A stretch of DNA of 64,000 nt from the human T2T-CHM13v2.0 reference genome, Homo sapiens. A program made the position numbers and the translations under genes. Positions 27,175-43,600 of this stretch are shown one piece after another. The DNA is taken from assembly GCF_009914755.1 (NCBI RefSeq), contig NC_060929.1, one strand, 5' to 3'. Under the pieces are notes generated by a model. The model was not told where the DNA came from. It did not search any database and saw only the letters and a program-made list of their open reading frames with translations. The stretch's first letter is position 1. The number at the start of each line of letters is the position of its first letter.

Positions 27175-27896
27175 TGCAGTGGTTAATTTCATGTGCCCAC
27201 TCAGCCAGGCATGGTACCCAGATATTTGGTGAAGCACTACTCTAGATGCTGCTGTGAAGACATTTTTAGATGAGATTAACATTTAGATCAGTAGACTTCC
27301 AGTACGGGAGATTACCGTCCAGAATGTGGTTGGACTTCTTCCAGTCAGTTGAAGGCCTTAATAGAATGAAGACAGAGGACTCCATGGAAGAGAGAATTCC
27401 ACCTCTAGACTGTCTTTGGACTCAGGCTGCAACATCTGCTCTCCGTAGTCTCCAGGCTCTGTGTGTCTATGTGTATATATGTGTGTATATATACAGTCAC
27501 ATACCACATAACGACATTTCAGTCAACGATGGACTGCATACATGACAGTGTCCCATGAGATTATAATGCCATATGTTTACCATGCCTTTTCTATGTTTAG
27601 ATACACAAATACTTACCATCGTGTTACAGCTGCCCACAGTACTCAGTACAGTAAGCTGCTGTTCAGGTTTGTAGCCTAGGGGCAATAGGCTATGCCATAT
27701 AGCCTAAGGATATGCAGGCTATAGCATCCAGGTTTGTAAGTACACTCTATGATGTTCACATAATGATGAAATTGTGTAATGGCACATTTATCAGAATGTA
27801 TCTCCATCATTAAGTGAATATGACTGTGTATGTGAATTTAGACATAAATACACATCCTAGTGATTCTGTTTCTCTAGAGAACCCTGGCTAATACAA
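27175..27896 (+). mobile_element. ERVL LTR (MLT2D-like) interrupted by a Tigger3-like MITE at ~27494-27826
   Basis: tggttaatttcatgtg...agatgagattaacattt; ends tctctagagaaccctggctaataca; insert bounded by cagtca.../...tgactg. Confidence 0.8.
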
Positions 27897-27899
27897 TGT

Positions 27900-30400
27900 C
27901 TGCCACCTGGTCTCACCACTCTACTCTCACCTGGCCAGCCTCCTCTGCCCTCCATTGGCTCCCAATTCTACTCTGAGTAAAAGCCAACATCTCCACGAAG
28001 GCCTCGAGAACCCCACCCCATTTACACAGACACCCTAGTTCCTTCCCCCTGCTGGTCTCATCTCCTAGTCTCTCCTCGTGACTCCCTCCCACCACCTACA
28101 CTCCAACCTAGGGCTTTCCGGCTCACTGTTCCCTTTGCAGCAATGGCCTCCCCTATATGTACATATACCCAAAGCCTACATGTCCAGCAAGTCCCTCCTC
28201 AAACATCACCTTCATCATGAGGCCTACTCACCCACCTTATTCAAAATTTCAATTCCCCCCGCCATACACGCTTGAGGCTCCTTACCTTCTCCCTTCTTTC
28301 TTCCTATAGCATGAACCATCTTCCAACATATAAACAAAATGTGTTGGTTTAATGTTATTGTCATCACCCTCAACTGGAATGTAAGCTTCCCCAGCACATG
28401 GATTTTTTAGTTCCATTCACAATGTAGCCCAAACTCCTAAAGCCAAGCCTGAAACACAGTAGGTGCTCAACAACTATGTGTGAAATCAATGAACCCCTCC
28501 TTGGTCCCACAATACTACCACCACCAGCCCCAGCAGCTCCCTTCTCATCAAAATGCCTCTAAACAATGGTTTCTATGACTTCCATTGCATTCTTCATTCT
28601 CTCTTGAATTCACCCCAACCTGGCTTTTGTCCCCTCAGCTACATGGAAACAGCTCATCAAGGCACTAAGAACTTCACGTGGCTAAAGCCTATTGATCTTC
28701 ATCTTACTGATCAACTGCATTTGGCAAACTTGATCAACTGCATTTGGCAAAGTTTGTTTGGTTTTTTGTTTAGTTTGTTTTACTGATCAACTGCATTTGG
28801 CAAAGTTTTTTGGGGTTTTTTTTTTTTTTTTTGAGATGGAGTCTTGCTCTGTTGCCCAGGCTGGAGTGCAGTGGAGCAATTTGGCTCACTGCAACCTCCG
28901 CCTCCTTGGTTCAAGTGATTCTTCTGCCTCAGCCTCCCGAGCAGCTGGGACTACAGGCATCCACCACCACACCTGGCTAATTTTTGTATTTAAAGTAGAG
29001 ATAGGGTTTCACCATGTTGGCCAGAATGGTCTTGATCTCTTGACCTTGTGATCTACCTGCCTCAGCCTCCCAAAGTGGTAGGATTACAGGCGTGACCCAC
29101 CGTGCCCAGCCCATCCCTTCTTCTTGAAATGCCTTCCTCACTCGACCAGGACATTCCTTCTCCTGACCCTGCACTGACCTGCTGGCTTCTCCTTCTCAGT
29201 CTCTCACCCCTCAGACCTTTAAGGTTATGTTGGCTCAGAGCCCAGGCTTCAGCCCTTCTCCATTCATTCTAACCCCCCAGGTGACACCAGTGAACCTCCA
29301 ATTTCTTATCTCCAACCCTGAACGTTCCTCCAACTCCAGACATGGATGTCCAACTCCCTGTTCTCTGTGTGGACATCTCAGATTCGGGCATCGAACTCAG
29401 CATCTCCCACATCATGTGCCATTTCCGTCCCAAACCCACTCCTCTCTCGGTCTTCCCCCTCCTTCCATTGCTAAGGCAACCAGCCTTGCGGTCTGCTTTC
29501 TCTCATCCCCCTTCACTTCTAACCCACCCTGAAACCCCACCAGCTCTGCTGCAAAATATAGCCCAAATCTGACCACCTCCTAGCTCATCCACCACTACCA
29601 CTCTGGGCCACACCACCATCATCTCTCACCCAAACTACTGCAGTAGCACCCAAATGGTTCTATCTTTCCCCTTCCACTTTCCCACACAGAGACCAGAATT
29701 GTCCTTTGAGAATGGAGGTCAGTTCATGTTTTTCCTGCTAGCCCCCACAATCATCCCAATACCTCTCCTACTCCAACTCCTACCACTTTTCCTCTTTGCT
29801 CACTCCCCTCCAGGCACTGGGCCTCCCTCAGCTGTTACATTAAGATGCCAAGCAAGCTTAGGCCACAGGACCTTTGCATGTGATCTTCCCACATCTTGGA
29901 ACTCCATGTACCAGATAGCCACATGATTCTCTCAAGTCCTTCAGGTCCCTGCTCAAATGCTCCCTTACCAGTGAGCCAACTTCTGATCCCCACTATATAA
30001 AGTAGCAAGCCCTGACTCCCACCCACTCTCTGCAACCTTCTCCAGCTCCCTTGCTTCACTTATTTTTGCCCACAGCCTTTGACATAGTACATATTATCCC
30101 CACTAGAATGGAAGCTAAGGAGGGAAGGGTCTTGGTCTGTTGTGTCTGCAGCTGTATTCCCAGCACCCAGAATAGCCCCTGGTTCATAGCAGGTGTTCAA
30201 AACGTGTGTTGAGTGAAAATCCAGATGATTCAGATGTCAGTGATCTAGGAAACACATTTCTGAAGAAAATGTACTTGATCATGAGCTCTTTAAGGTCACA
30301 TATGTGTCTTGTTCACACTTGTGCCCCAGCACCCAGCACCGTGCCTGGCTTAGAGTGGAACATTATTAAAGAGACTAAGGAGTGGATGGAGCTGAATGTC
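27900..30400 (+). mobile_element. L2 LINE fragments
   Basis: C/T-rich L2-type sequence with 3' ends gtaggtgctcaacaactatgtgtgaaatcaatgaa and ccactagaatggaagct...cccagcacccagaatag. Confidence 0.75.
28805..29111 (-). mobile_element. Alu SINE (AluSc-like) inserted in L2, with an atypical 3' junction
   Basis: Reverse Alu dimer; no TSD at the head end. Confidence 0.93.
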
Positions 30401-30774
30401 AGTTATTCCTCATGCCTCATACTTCCTTGTGGAGGAACTTCAGGTAGACTCACACTCCTGGCCTCTCTCCCCATCCCTTGCCTGTGGGAAGAAGCAAGGT
30501 AAGTGGATTTTTTGATGTGGCACTATGAAAGAAGTGGAATGTGCTGGCTCTCTCCCCCATCTTCCAAGCAGTTGCTGTCTGTCTGCTCTCATCGGTGCTA
30601 CCAGGACAGCCCCTAAGAGGGAGGGTCCATCCATCCAGATGATGGGGATGTCTGAATGGCTGTAGACTTCTAATCAGCTTTATCAGTAATAACAGATCAA
30701 TATCTTGATCTCCATCAGTCTGACATCATCTTGATCTCTGAATCCTTCTCGGTCAAGGAGGGGAAAGAAGAGTT

Positions 30775-31205
30775 ACAGAAAAGTAAAACTGGAGGTCACA
30801 GTTTAGATGTACCCAAGGCCATCCACCCATAACCATGTGGCCAACACTGAAGTCATCCTGATTTCCTTGAGATGCTAGAAGTGCTGGCTCTAATCATAAC
30901 TGAAACACAAGGCGTAAGCTTTACATCCTTGTCAGCACGATTCGGTGAAATTAAACCAATAGGCTATAGACAAATCAGCCCTAACAGTTCTACTTGCCCT
31001 AAAAAGAATGTTCATGTATAACAACCAATCAAGAAAAAGGTCAAAATACTTCCCTCGTTATGCTTCATAAACACTGTGCTGCCAAACTGCAAGGCGAGCT
31101 TCTTACCACCTGGTTTGAAATCTCCCGGATGAAGATCTATACTTTCTCTTATCATATGACAATAAACTTTCAATTTTTTCCTAATTTCATCTGATTGTAT
31201 TTTGG
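30775..31205 (+). mobile_element. Probable ERV LTR (family uncertain)
   Basis: CCAAT boxes, cataaa, aataaa and LTR-like layout. Confidence 0.45.
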
Positions 31206-31313
31206 TTAAAGGAAATTATTTGTTACACCCTCATGCCCAAGTTAGTTGTCTTTATTTTCTCTATTTGCCTCATCCTACCCCATTGCTCAGCCTTTCAGTA
31301 TGTGCATACACAC

Positions 31314-31751
31314 GTAGACATACGCATTATTGCATGAGTGAGTAGACATATGCACTATTGCATGAGTGAGTAGACATATGCACTATTGCATGAGTGAGTA
31401 GACATATGCACTATTGCATGAGTGAGTAGACATATGCACTATTGCATGAGTGAGTAGACATATGCACTATTGCATGAGTGAGTAGACATATGCATTACTG
31501 CATGAGTGAGTAGACATATGCATTATTGCATGAGTGAGTAGACATATGCACTATTGCATGAGTAGACATATGCACTATTGCATGAGTGAGTAGACATATG
31601 CACTATTGCATGAATGAGTAGACATATGCACTATTGCATGAGTGAGTAGACATATGCACTATTGCATGAGTGAGTAGACATATGCACTATTGCATGAATG
31701 AGTAGACATATGCACTATTGCATGAGTGAGTAGACATATGCACTACTGCAT
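31314..31751. repeat. Minisatellite/VNTR, 28-bp unit GAGTGAGTAGACATATGCACTATTGCAT, about 16 units
   Basis: Head-to-tail copies with few variants; one 24-bp unit near 31560. Confidence 0.98.
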
Positions 31752-31985
31752 TGCTTTCATCATCATTTTGGTTTCCTTCTGCCTTTTTGCAAGAGGCAGA
31801 GAGAAATCAGCAGGTCCCTCACCCTTGGAGCAGGAAGACCATGGCAAGGCCTTGTGGTGAGCTCTGCCTTCACAGCCTCTATTGCTCCCCTTCTGCTTTC
31901 TCTTCCTTCCATCTCTTGGTGAACTTAGAATCCCTCCACAACCTTGGTCTCCTGATTTCCCAAAAGGGGCATATCTGGTAGATTA

Positions 31986-32140
31986 GGCAGCCATTCTTAA
32001 ACCTGGCAGGCATTTGAACTACCTGGGATGCTTGGGAAAATACTGATTGTCAAGCCTGCTGCAAACCCACTGCATCAGAACCACCGCACAAAAGCCCTAG
32101 GAATCTGGATTTTTCTGACTCCTAGTTGATGCTGATGCAA
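31986..32140. mobile_element. MER5-like hAT MITE fragment
   Basis: ttcttaaacctggc...tgcatcagaacc...aggaatctggattttt...gatgctgatgca. Confidence 0.55.
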
Positions 32141-32341
32141 TCCCAAGACCAGTCCCAGCAGCAGGGTGGACACAAGTGCCCAGCTGCCTCCATGCTGGAT
32201 GAAGGTGAGGGCTGAGAACACCTTCCAAATGGAGTTCATTCCTCTTCCACTGAGCTTGTGGGTGAGGGTGACCCTCCAGACAACACCCCACCCTGCTGGT
32301 TCCCATCCAAACCTGGAGCCTGAAGTCGCTAAATGGCTGGG

Positions 32342-32652
32342 GCAGTGGTTCTTGAACTTTTAGTTCTCAGGAACCCCTTACACTCTTAAAAATAATCAAG
32401 GACTCCAAAGAACCTTTGTGTGGGGAGGTTATAGCTATTGATATTTACTGTACAAAAATTAAAACTGAGACATGTTTAAAACACAAGAATACACAAACAC
32501 ATTCCATCAGCATCAGTGTGACGATGCTGCCCACATCACAGAGCCCCTGGGAGACAGCTGCACAGGCAAGGTAGGATAAGCACGTGCATAGTTTTGACCT
32601 CTAGGACCGTCTGAAAGGATCTGGGGTCCTGGACCATGCTTTAAAAACCTCT
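32342..32652. mobile_element. hAT-Charlie-type DNA transposon fragment
   Basis: cagtggttcttgaactttt...ctttaaaaacctct, TIR-like ends. Confidence 0.6.
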
Positions 32653-32899
32653 AGGCTATGGGAATGAGCAGAGCCCCCCAGGCTTCCTGGAGGACACTGA
32701 TGGAGGCATGACCAAATTCTGGATGACATCATTTCCTGTTTAACTGGAAGAAAAGAGAGTCCTCAAAAATGGCATCTACAAGGCAATCAGCGAAGGTTTT
32801 GTGGAAGCTAAAACGCCAGAACCACTCCAAGCTTGCCTCTTGGCTCAATCACTCAGACAATTTTCAGACGCAAGCGCTGGAACCACAGAAAACAACTGA

Positions 32900-34660
<1,761 letters not shown>

Positions 34661-36569
34661 CCCTGGCAAAACTGACCAGCACCTGAACACTGCCCCAACA
34701 GAGAACTCACCAGAAGACCCTTGAGTCGGGAATTCCTTCCTGTGGGTAGAACTTGGTATAAACAAGTAAGCCAAGCAAGGAACTTACACCACAGCCCAGT
34801 TAACAACAGGATGCCCATGAGAACCCCTGACCCGACTCAGCTCCCTAACCCTGTCCACAAATGGCCCGGGCTCTGTGCCAATGACTAATCTCCAAAGTAT
34901 TCAGTGAAGCGTCTGCTCCATTCGGGATTTTTTCAGATGGGCATTTTGGTTTCATCAGCCCTGCTTTCTCCCGCTCCGTGACTTTGCATCAGTTGTCATG
35001 AGGATGATTAAATAATTTAGCACTTAGCCCCCTGCTGTACTCCTTGGCCTGGATCATGACCACACCGAAGGAGTGCCCACCAGCAAGAGACCTGGAGACA
35101 TCCCCAGTAAGTGCAAAAGCTGGACACAGTCTTAGGGTCTCCTGCCGGAGGCGGAGGGGATGAGGGGAAATGCATTGTGGCTCCAAGAGGAATCGCTGGG
35201 GAGTGAATATTGGAAGGACTGTGTGTGTGCATTCTGAGCTTCCCAGCAGCCCAGGGGTGGAAAATAGTGTGTCAATCACTACATCAGCCTAGAATACAAC
35301 ATCCTCCACTTCCCTGGTAACCTCCCCTCTACTGCCTCTAGACCACTTCAAGTCATTCCAGAAATGGCTGAGCCCTTTCACCCTACAGGGTTGACTGGAT
35401 CAGAGGAGAACCCCGGGCCAAGCTGGACCAATCAGAGTTTCCATCCCTGAATTTGGAATTGGAGCTAAGCTAGAACCTGTCTCTTTGATGGCAGTAAATG
35501 TGAAGCTCAAACACTAGTGATTGGCTTCTCTCTCCAAAAAGACTATGGACACAAACAAAGCCAGTCTTCAGAAAGACAGGAACAAGAATGATGCAGACAC
35601 ATCATGTGTGCAGAGATGAGAGCCCTAGGTTACCTGCATCTGCTTCTTGCACCTTCCTGAGACCTGGCATCATCACTACCCACGCTGTAATTCCCCGAGA
35701 CAACCCTGGCCCAGGCCCCTTTCACTGCTTTAGTAGGTATACATTTTTTGCAAGCAAAAGAATCCTAACTCAGATATCACTATTGTAAGGGTGGCAAGCA
35801 TTTGTTAGAAAACAAAGTAAGATCCATAATCGATATTTACTTCGTTCCTCTATAGATTCCTGCAAGCAGAATCTGGGATGAACAGTCTGCATGCCTCTCG
35901 CCACCTGTCCCAGGGATTCCCTGTTCCACAAGACACTTGGGATCTGCTTGTCATGCATCATGCGTAACTAATAGTGCAGAGGAATTAATACAGTTAAGTG
36001 AAACGTCCGTCAGTGGGAAGCCGGAGCAAGGGAAAATTCTCCTTCCTTTCCCCTCCTCGACTGCCCTGGTTTCATGTGGCCTCATGGCAGAAGCCCGCCA
36101 GACTGCTACCTGGATGCAACCAGCTAAATAACCTGCCCTCATATTGATTCTCCCTCCTCCCCTGCTTCTCCACACTTTTCCCTCACTCTTGCCTTCCTGG
36201 GATTGGACCCCTCATAAATTTCATAACACAAATCCTTGCCTCAGGCTCTGCTTTTTAGGGAACTCAATCCAAGACATTCTTGGTTAAAATGAGGTCTATG
36301 GTACACTCAGACACTGAATATAGTAGAGATGAAAAAGTCTTGGCTAGTTTTCTGGTAACTGAAAATGTAATATATACTAAATTAACTGAAGCTGTAAAAC
36401 AACCGGTACCCCTCCAAGCAGATTACGGTGACAGCTACTTTAGCCACATAACACTAATCAACTGCTCACACCAGAGAATGAAAATAAGATATTAGCAAAT
36501 AAACCAAGTTTAAGGCCTCACCACCTCTCAAATACAAGAGAATTGAATCTTGTATAAGAATCTAATCTT

Positions 36570-36851
<282 letters not shown>

Positions 36852-37402
36852 CAATTTAATCTTGTTTAATCTTAAATAAGATTATTCAATAGGACCCTTC
36901 AAATAATGTCTACTTTTGCCTGTAGAAAAAAAATGAACATAGAGTCAAAAACTAGACAAACCTGTCACATGGAAACCCAAACCAAAATAGGATCAAATTC
37001 AAAGAAGCCATTTCATGGGAAGCCGCTAGGTGGTGAGCTTTCACCATCTTTGCCTGTTTAAAGGTTCACTCCCGGGTCGCCTCCGCTCTTATTTTGGTTG
37101 ATAAGGATTTGCTATTTTGACAAACTGAAATTTACTATGCTATCATCTGAGAATTTAAGAAATCTGAAAATTCAAGCAGTAGAAAATCGTAGTATCATAG
37201 ATAAAATAAAAGTGGAATGAATGTAAATCGTAGAGAGTTGTTTAAGTTGCCCATCACTATACAAACTTTGATGCCACTGTCCCTTTGGTCTCCCATTCTG
37301 GAGAGGGAGGCATTTGTATCACAGGATGTTTGAGGAGGGCTGTGGCTCTGTTGTACTTTAATTGGAAGGAATTGTGTTTGCTGTTTACAGGAGGTGTTAT
37401 GA

Positions 37403-38026
<624 letters not shown>

Positions 38027-38449
38027 CAAAAAGTCTTTTAGAACAGCATTTCTGAAATGCAGCCCGGGGAGAGATGGAGGGTGTGTGGTAAGCAGGGTCA
38101 CTGGAGATCCAAGAAAAGCAGAAAGAGCCGTGTAGTGGGGAATGGGTTGCTTGCAGAATGGAAGTGAAGTGTAGGGATATTGTGATAACAACAGTGGGTG
38201 GAACTATTTCTTTCTAATGATTCATGTGAGGAAATATTCTACAAGAAAAAGTGCAGCTTCACAATAAGAAATCCATAAAATCATTTACTGGAGTGCTATA
38301 CAATGAAATTCTATGCAGCCATAAAAATGGTTTTGAAGAAGCATTTTAATTAAGTCGAAAGACATTTATGATATGTTGTAAAATGAAAAAAAAAATCCGG
38401 TCCCAAAAAAGTATGATCCAATTTTGTAAAAAATAAATTTTTGTAATAA

Positions 38450-38783
<334 letters not shown>

Positions 38784-38889
38784 GAGGGAGACTATTAATA
38801 GTGATTAATATTTCTGAGACTTAGAGGTAGGTTTCCAGATTTTTTTAATGTTCTTTTTCCTTGGTTTACTTGTCTTATTTTCAGTCACT

Positions 38890-39110
38890 AGCATTACTCT
38901 ATACCAGGCCCTGTTCTAAGCACTTCATAAATACTGACTCACTTAATGTTCACAACAGGGCTGCGAAGTAGGTACTATTACCATCCCCATTTTTATAGAT
39001 TAAAACATTGAAGCACAGAGAGGTTAAGTGACCTACTCAAGGTCACACAGCTAATGAGTGGTGGAGCCGATTCAGACCCAGGAAGTCCAGCTCCAGCTTC
39101 TGTGCACTTA
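38890..39110 (-). mobile_element. MIR SINE
   Basis: gcacagagaggttaagtgacctactcaaggtcacacagcta core. Confidence 0.9.
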
Positions 39111-39271
39111 AATAATAAAACATGAGAAAAAGTAAATTAAAAGCATAAAGAAAAAGCAAGGAAGGAAGGATGGAAGGAAAGAAGAGAGGGGGCAGGGATG
39201 GGGATAGGGAAGAGACTCACAAGAGAACAACACACAGTTGTTCTAAAAACTTTAAAAAATTGGGGCCCGGC

Positions 39272-40034
<763 letters not shown>

Positions 40035-40459
40035 TCAGAGCACAGTAGGTGTCGGGGGCTGGATTGACTTCTTGCCAGTTGCAAGTCTTGACTTTGTCTC
40101 TCTAGAGCATGCCCCAACCTGACTGGCATGAAAGCTCTAATTTTTCTTTTTAACTAGGTAAAAGAAAACCACATTGTGAAAAGAGGGAAAGGGAAAATGC
40201 CTAAGCTAAGAGCAAAGCAAACCTTAAATGTTAGTCTGCACTATTTAAAAACTTTGTCTCCTTCAAGACCAGAGAGCTGAAAGGGAACAAATGAAGTCCA
40301 TTGAGGTCTACGGCAAAAAAGAAAACAGTTCAGGTGGACTAAGATGGCTGCCCTGCTTAGTACTGGGTTGAGAAAGAAGATATGGGCTGAATCGTTCCCT
40401 TTGGACTAAATGCCTGCTTGTCAGACAGACCCAGACCCAAGGAGCCAAGGGTAGGGATT

Positions 40460-40544
40460 AGGGGGAAGAAAGGAAGGAAAAGTGGAAGGAGGAGGAGGAA
40501 CAGAAGGAGAAGGAGGAAGAGGAGGGGAGGAGGGGAGGGGAGGG

Positions 40545-40575
<31 letters not shown>

Positions 40576-40685
40576 AAAGAGGAGGAGGAGGGGGAAGAGG
40601 AGGAGGAAGGGGAGAGGGAGATTGTATACAAGGATGAGGAAGGAGTCAGGAGGAAAGAGGAGTCATGGAGAAACGAGGGAGGCGT
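40460..40685 (+). repeat. GA-rich low-complexity polypurine tract
   Basis: 40502-40621 contains only A and G. Confidence 0.95.
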
Positions 40686-43600
40686 GAAGACAGAACAGAG
40701 GTGTGAGGGGGAGCCCTTCATTTTCTTATGACTGAGGTTTACATGTTGAGAAAGGGGATACAAATATATCTTGAAAACCCATGTAGCCTAAAAACGGGAA
40801 GAGAACTATTTCTTTTTCTCTGTCCCTCAGCACAGACTTTAGGCAAAAATCTCCATCTGCGAAAGAGATAAATGTGTCTACCCCTTAAAAACAGGGTCAG
40901 GATTAAATTCTGTAAAGAACTTTGAGTGTCATCTCTAACAAGCATGAAGCAAATCCTCCAGTACACGAAGCAGAATGAACGGACTTTTAAACAGTAATCT
41001 TCAGATAAATAAAACTGGTACTAGACAAGAGATGAAGACAAACACCCAAAGAGCTGCAAAGTAGCTTCACAAACTCACAGGGAATGAATCAAGGTTCCTT
41101 TTGCCCATTTGGCTTACAGTTTCCATTGAACAAGTATATTTTAAATAGTCAAGGATTAGATTGTCTTAAAATAATATTATTCATGTCACTGCAAATGCCA
41201 AGTCTTGTTCTTCAAAATCTCACTCTTCTGCCTCAATTGACTGATTCTTCCATCTCCTCCACAAGCATCCTAATCCCACCAAGGCCTCAAACCCCAACAA
41301 AAAAACCACCATCGCCCCAGATCACTCACAAAATCCCACAAATCACATTTAAGAAATTCAGAAACAGATAGACATAAGAATGAGAAGGAAGGAAAGCCCA
41401 TGAGCTCTCTTTTCAGAATTTTTGTATCACGTTCTTGTAAAGGTCATTTGTACCTAATTTTGCTTTGACCAAAATGGATGCAAATTTTAACCTGATTTCT
41501 TTGCACTTCCTAATTTACTAGTGATGTGCTAGGCCCTGTTTTATTTCACTTTGGTGCCAGTGGCCTAAAAACCTGACTTTAAAAGTCTAGTTTTCAGAAA
41601 CTCCACTGCAAGAATACATTTTCATATCCAGGGGATTCCCTTGTAATGGAGTTGTACTTACATAACATATTTAATGAACAACTATCGAGTGATCGGTATT
41701 CCACTCTCCTCTAATGTCATTATTTCCCAATACTAAAAGGAGATCAAAAAGGTAAAAATACATTATTGGCCATTTTTAAATCTTTATAATAAGATTTAAG
41801 TTATTAGTTCACTGGGTGTATATTTCCATACAGTTACCAAGACATAATTAAAAGTCCCAAGGTGAAGCTTAATCAGCCTCTCCCCTCTTAAACCAATCAT
41901 CACTACAGAGACTGCTAGGCAGTGACCCAGTTACTTCTTCAGATGCCTTAATTAGTCCCAGAAACACCAAAGCTCTTTTTTGAGAAGTGGAAATCTATTT
42001 CTGTTATTCATTAACACCCTTAAAGCATATTCTGCGGCTATTAGACATAAGCCAATGAAAGGGCAATGGAAAGTCATAGACACAGAGCATGATTAACATC
42101 CTCAATGAAGAGGCAATGGGTGTCCACTTTTTTCCTTAGCGATGCCCGTCTACGCATGCTTAGCTTTCCAATGGAGAATGCAGAATTCTAACATAGATAA
42201 AATTAGGATCCAAAGTCATTATGAAGTTAATGAACAAATGTAATCATGATGCAGATGCTCAACACATTCAGAAAGGAGTTAAATACTCTGAGTTTTTATC
42301 ACTGTCTCTAAATTTTCTCTTTAAGCAGGTGGAACATATTTTAAAGATAAATGGAGTGGCTGGGAGGGATTCTCATTTTTAAGGTTCTAGGTCTAAGCAA
42401 GCCTGAGAAAAGGGGACCCAATACCCAAAGATTCTGAGATTAATTTTACCAGCTAACAAAAAAACTCATATATTCTACCCCACTGTACTATTACAAATAT
42501 CACAAAATATAGATTACATAGAATTTAGTCATGAAAAGATCATATGGTTAATATGTAAGTGTAATTGCCCTATATGCTCAGCATTGACTTAGACATAATC
42601 GTAAGTATTTCCTTAAGAGCTTAAGGGCATAAATAACGTGAATCTTATATCCCGTCTTCCAAAAAAGCTTCACATGCATGAGCACAGCTATAAAAAGAGA
42701 CTGGCTTCGTGGGTGGTTGTGGAATCAGCTTGCCTAATGTACAGACGTGCCCCACGCAATGATAAAGCCAGAAATTGGTTGTAATGTGCTGGCTTCTTGA
42801 GATTAATCTGACCCAAACACACAGTCCCCACCCTCCCCAAGACTTCAGCAGATCCCAGACGGCTAAGGGTGCAAGATCACCTCCAGCTGTGACCTTCCTC
42901 TGAGGGAACCAGGTATATAATGCAACCCATTGCTCAAATTCCACGAAGTGATAAAGTGGCTTGTGAAGACAGCAGACCTCCTCAGAGGTCGGAAGGAGGA
43001 AGGCAATTTCCAGGTGAGCCTCAGGCATGCCTGCTGTCAGGCTGTCCTCTGCTCACCTCTGACCCGGGGGATCTTCCCATGACTCCTGCCCCGCACGCAT
43101 CCCAGCCTCCGCCTACAGGCTTCCCACTGCACTTCCTCCCGCACGCCTCCACCTCTCTGCCTCTCAGCCACCCACCGGCTGGCCCTAAGATGGTGGCACT
43201 GCTATAAATCATTCTCCATGCTCACTCTGCCTTTGCCCCCAGGTCTTATCTCCTAACTCTCCTGACCTAACCAGAGTTCCCCGAGCCCCCAACAAGCAAA
43301 GACAACTTCCTCCCCAAAAAGGAATTTTGCCGCTGAGATCATGAATTATTTACACTGACCTAGAAGAGTACGATCATCATTCTGTAAAGGCCAATGGTAG
43401 ATAAATTCAAGAAACATAGACCTTAAAAATTACTACTGTAAGCAACTTACAGTCTTACCATGCAAAATAACCTGACCATGAAGAACAAAGAGTAGAATCC
43501 TGTTATAAAATGACTTATTACGCATTTCTGATATGAAAAGATACCTAAACCCTGACACAACTACTTACACTCAAAGCCTGACCTGACACAGAAAATAAGG

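Noticed and set aside
31314-31751. CRISPR-like array (28-bp partly palindromic repeats)
   Set aside because: Units are head-to-tail with no unique spacers, there are no cas genes, and the DNA is mammalian.
40418-40763. Arg-rich (protamine-like) and Ser-rich ORFs
   Set aside because: They are translations of the GA low-complexity tract.
43178-43203. CTCF-like motif tggccctaagatggtggca
   Set aside because: Several core mismatches.
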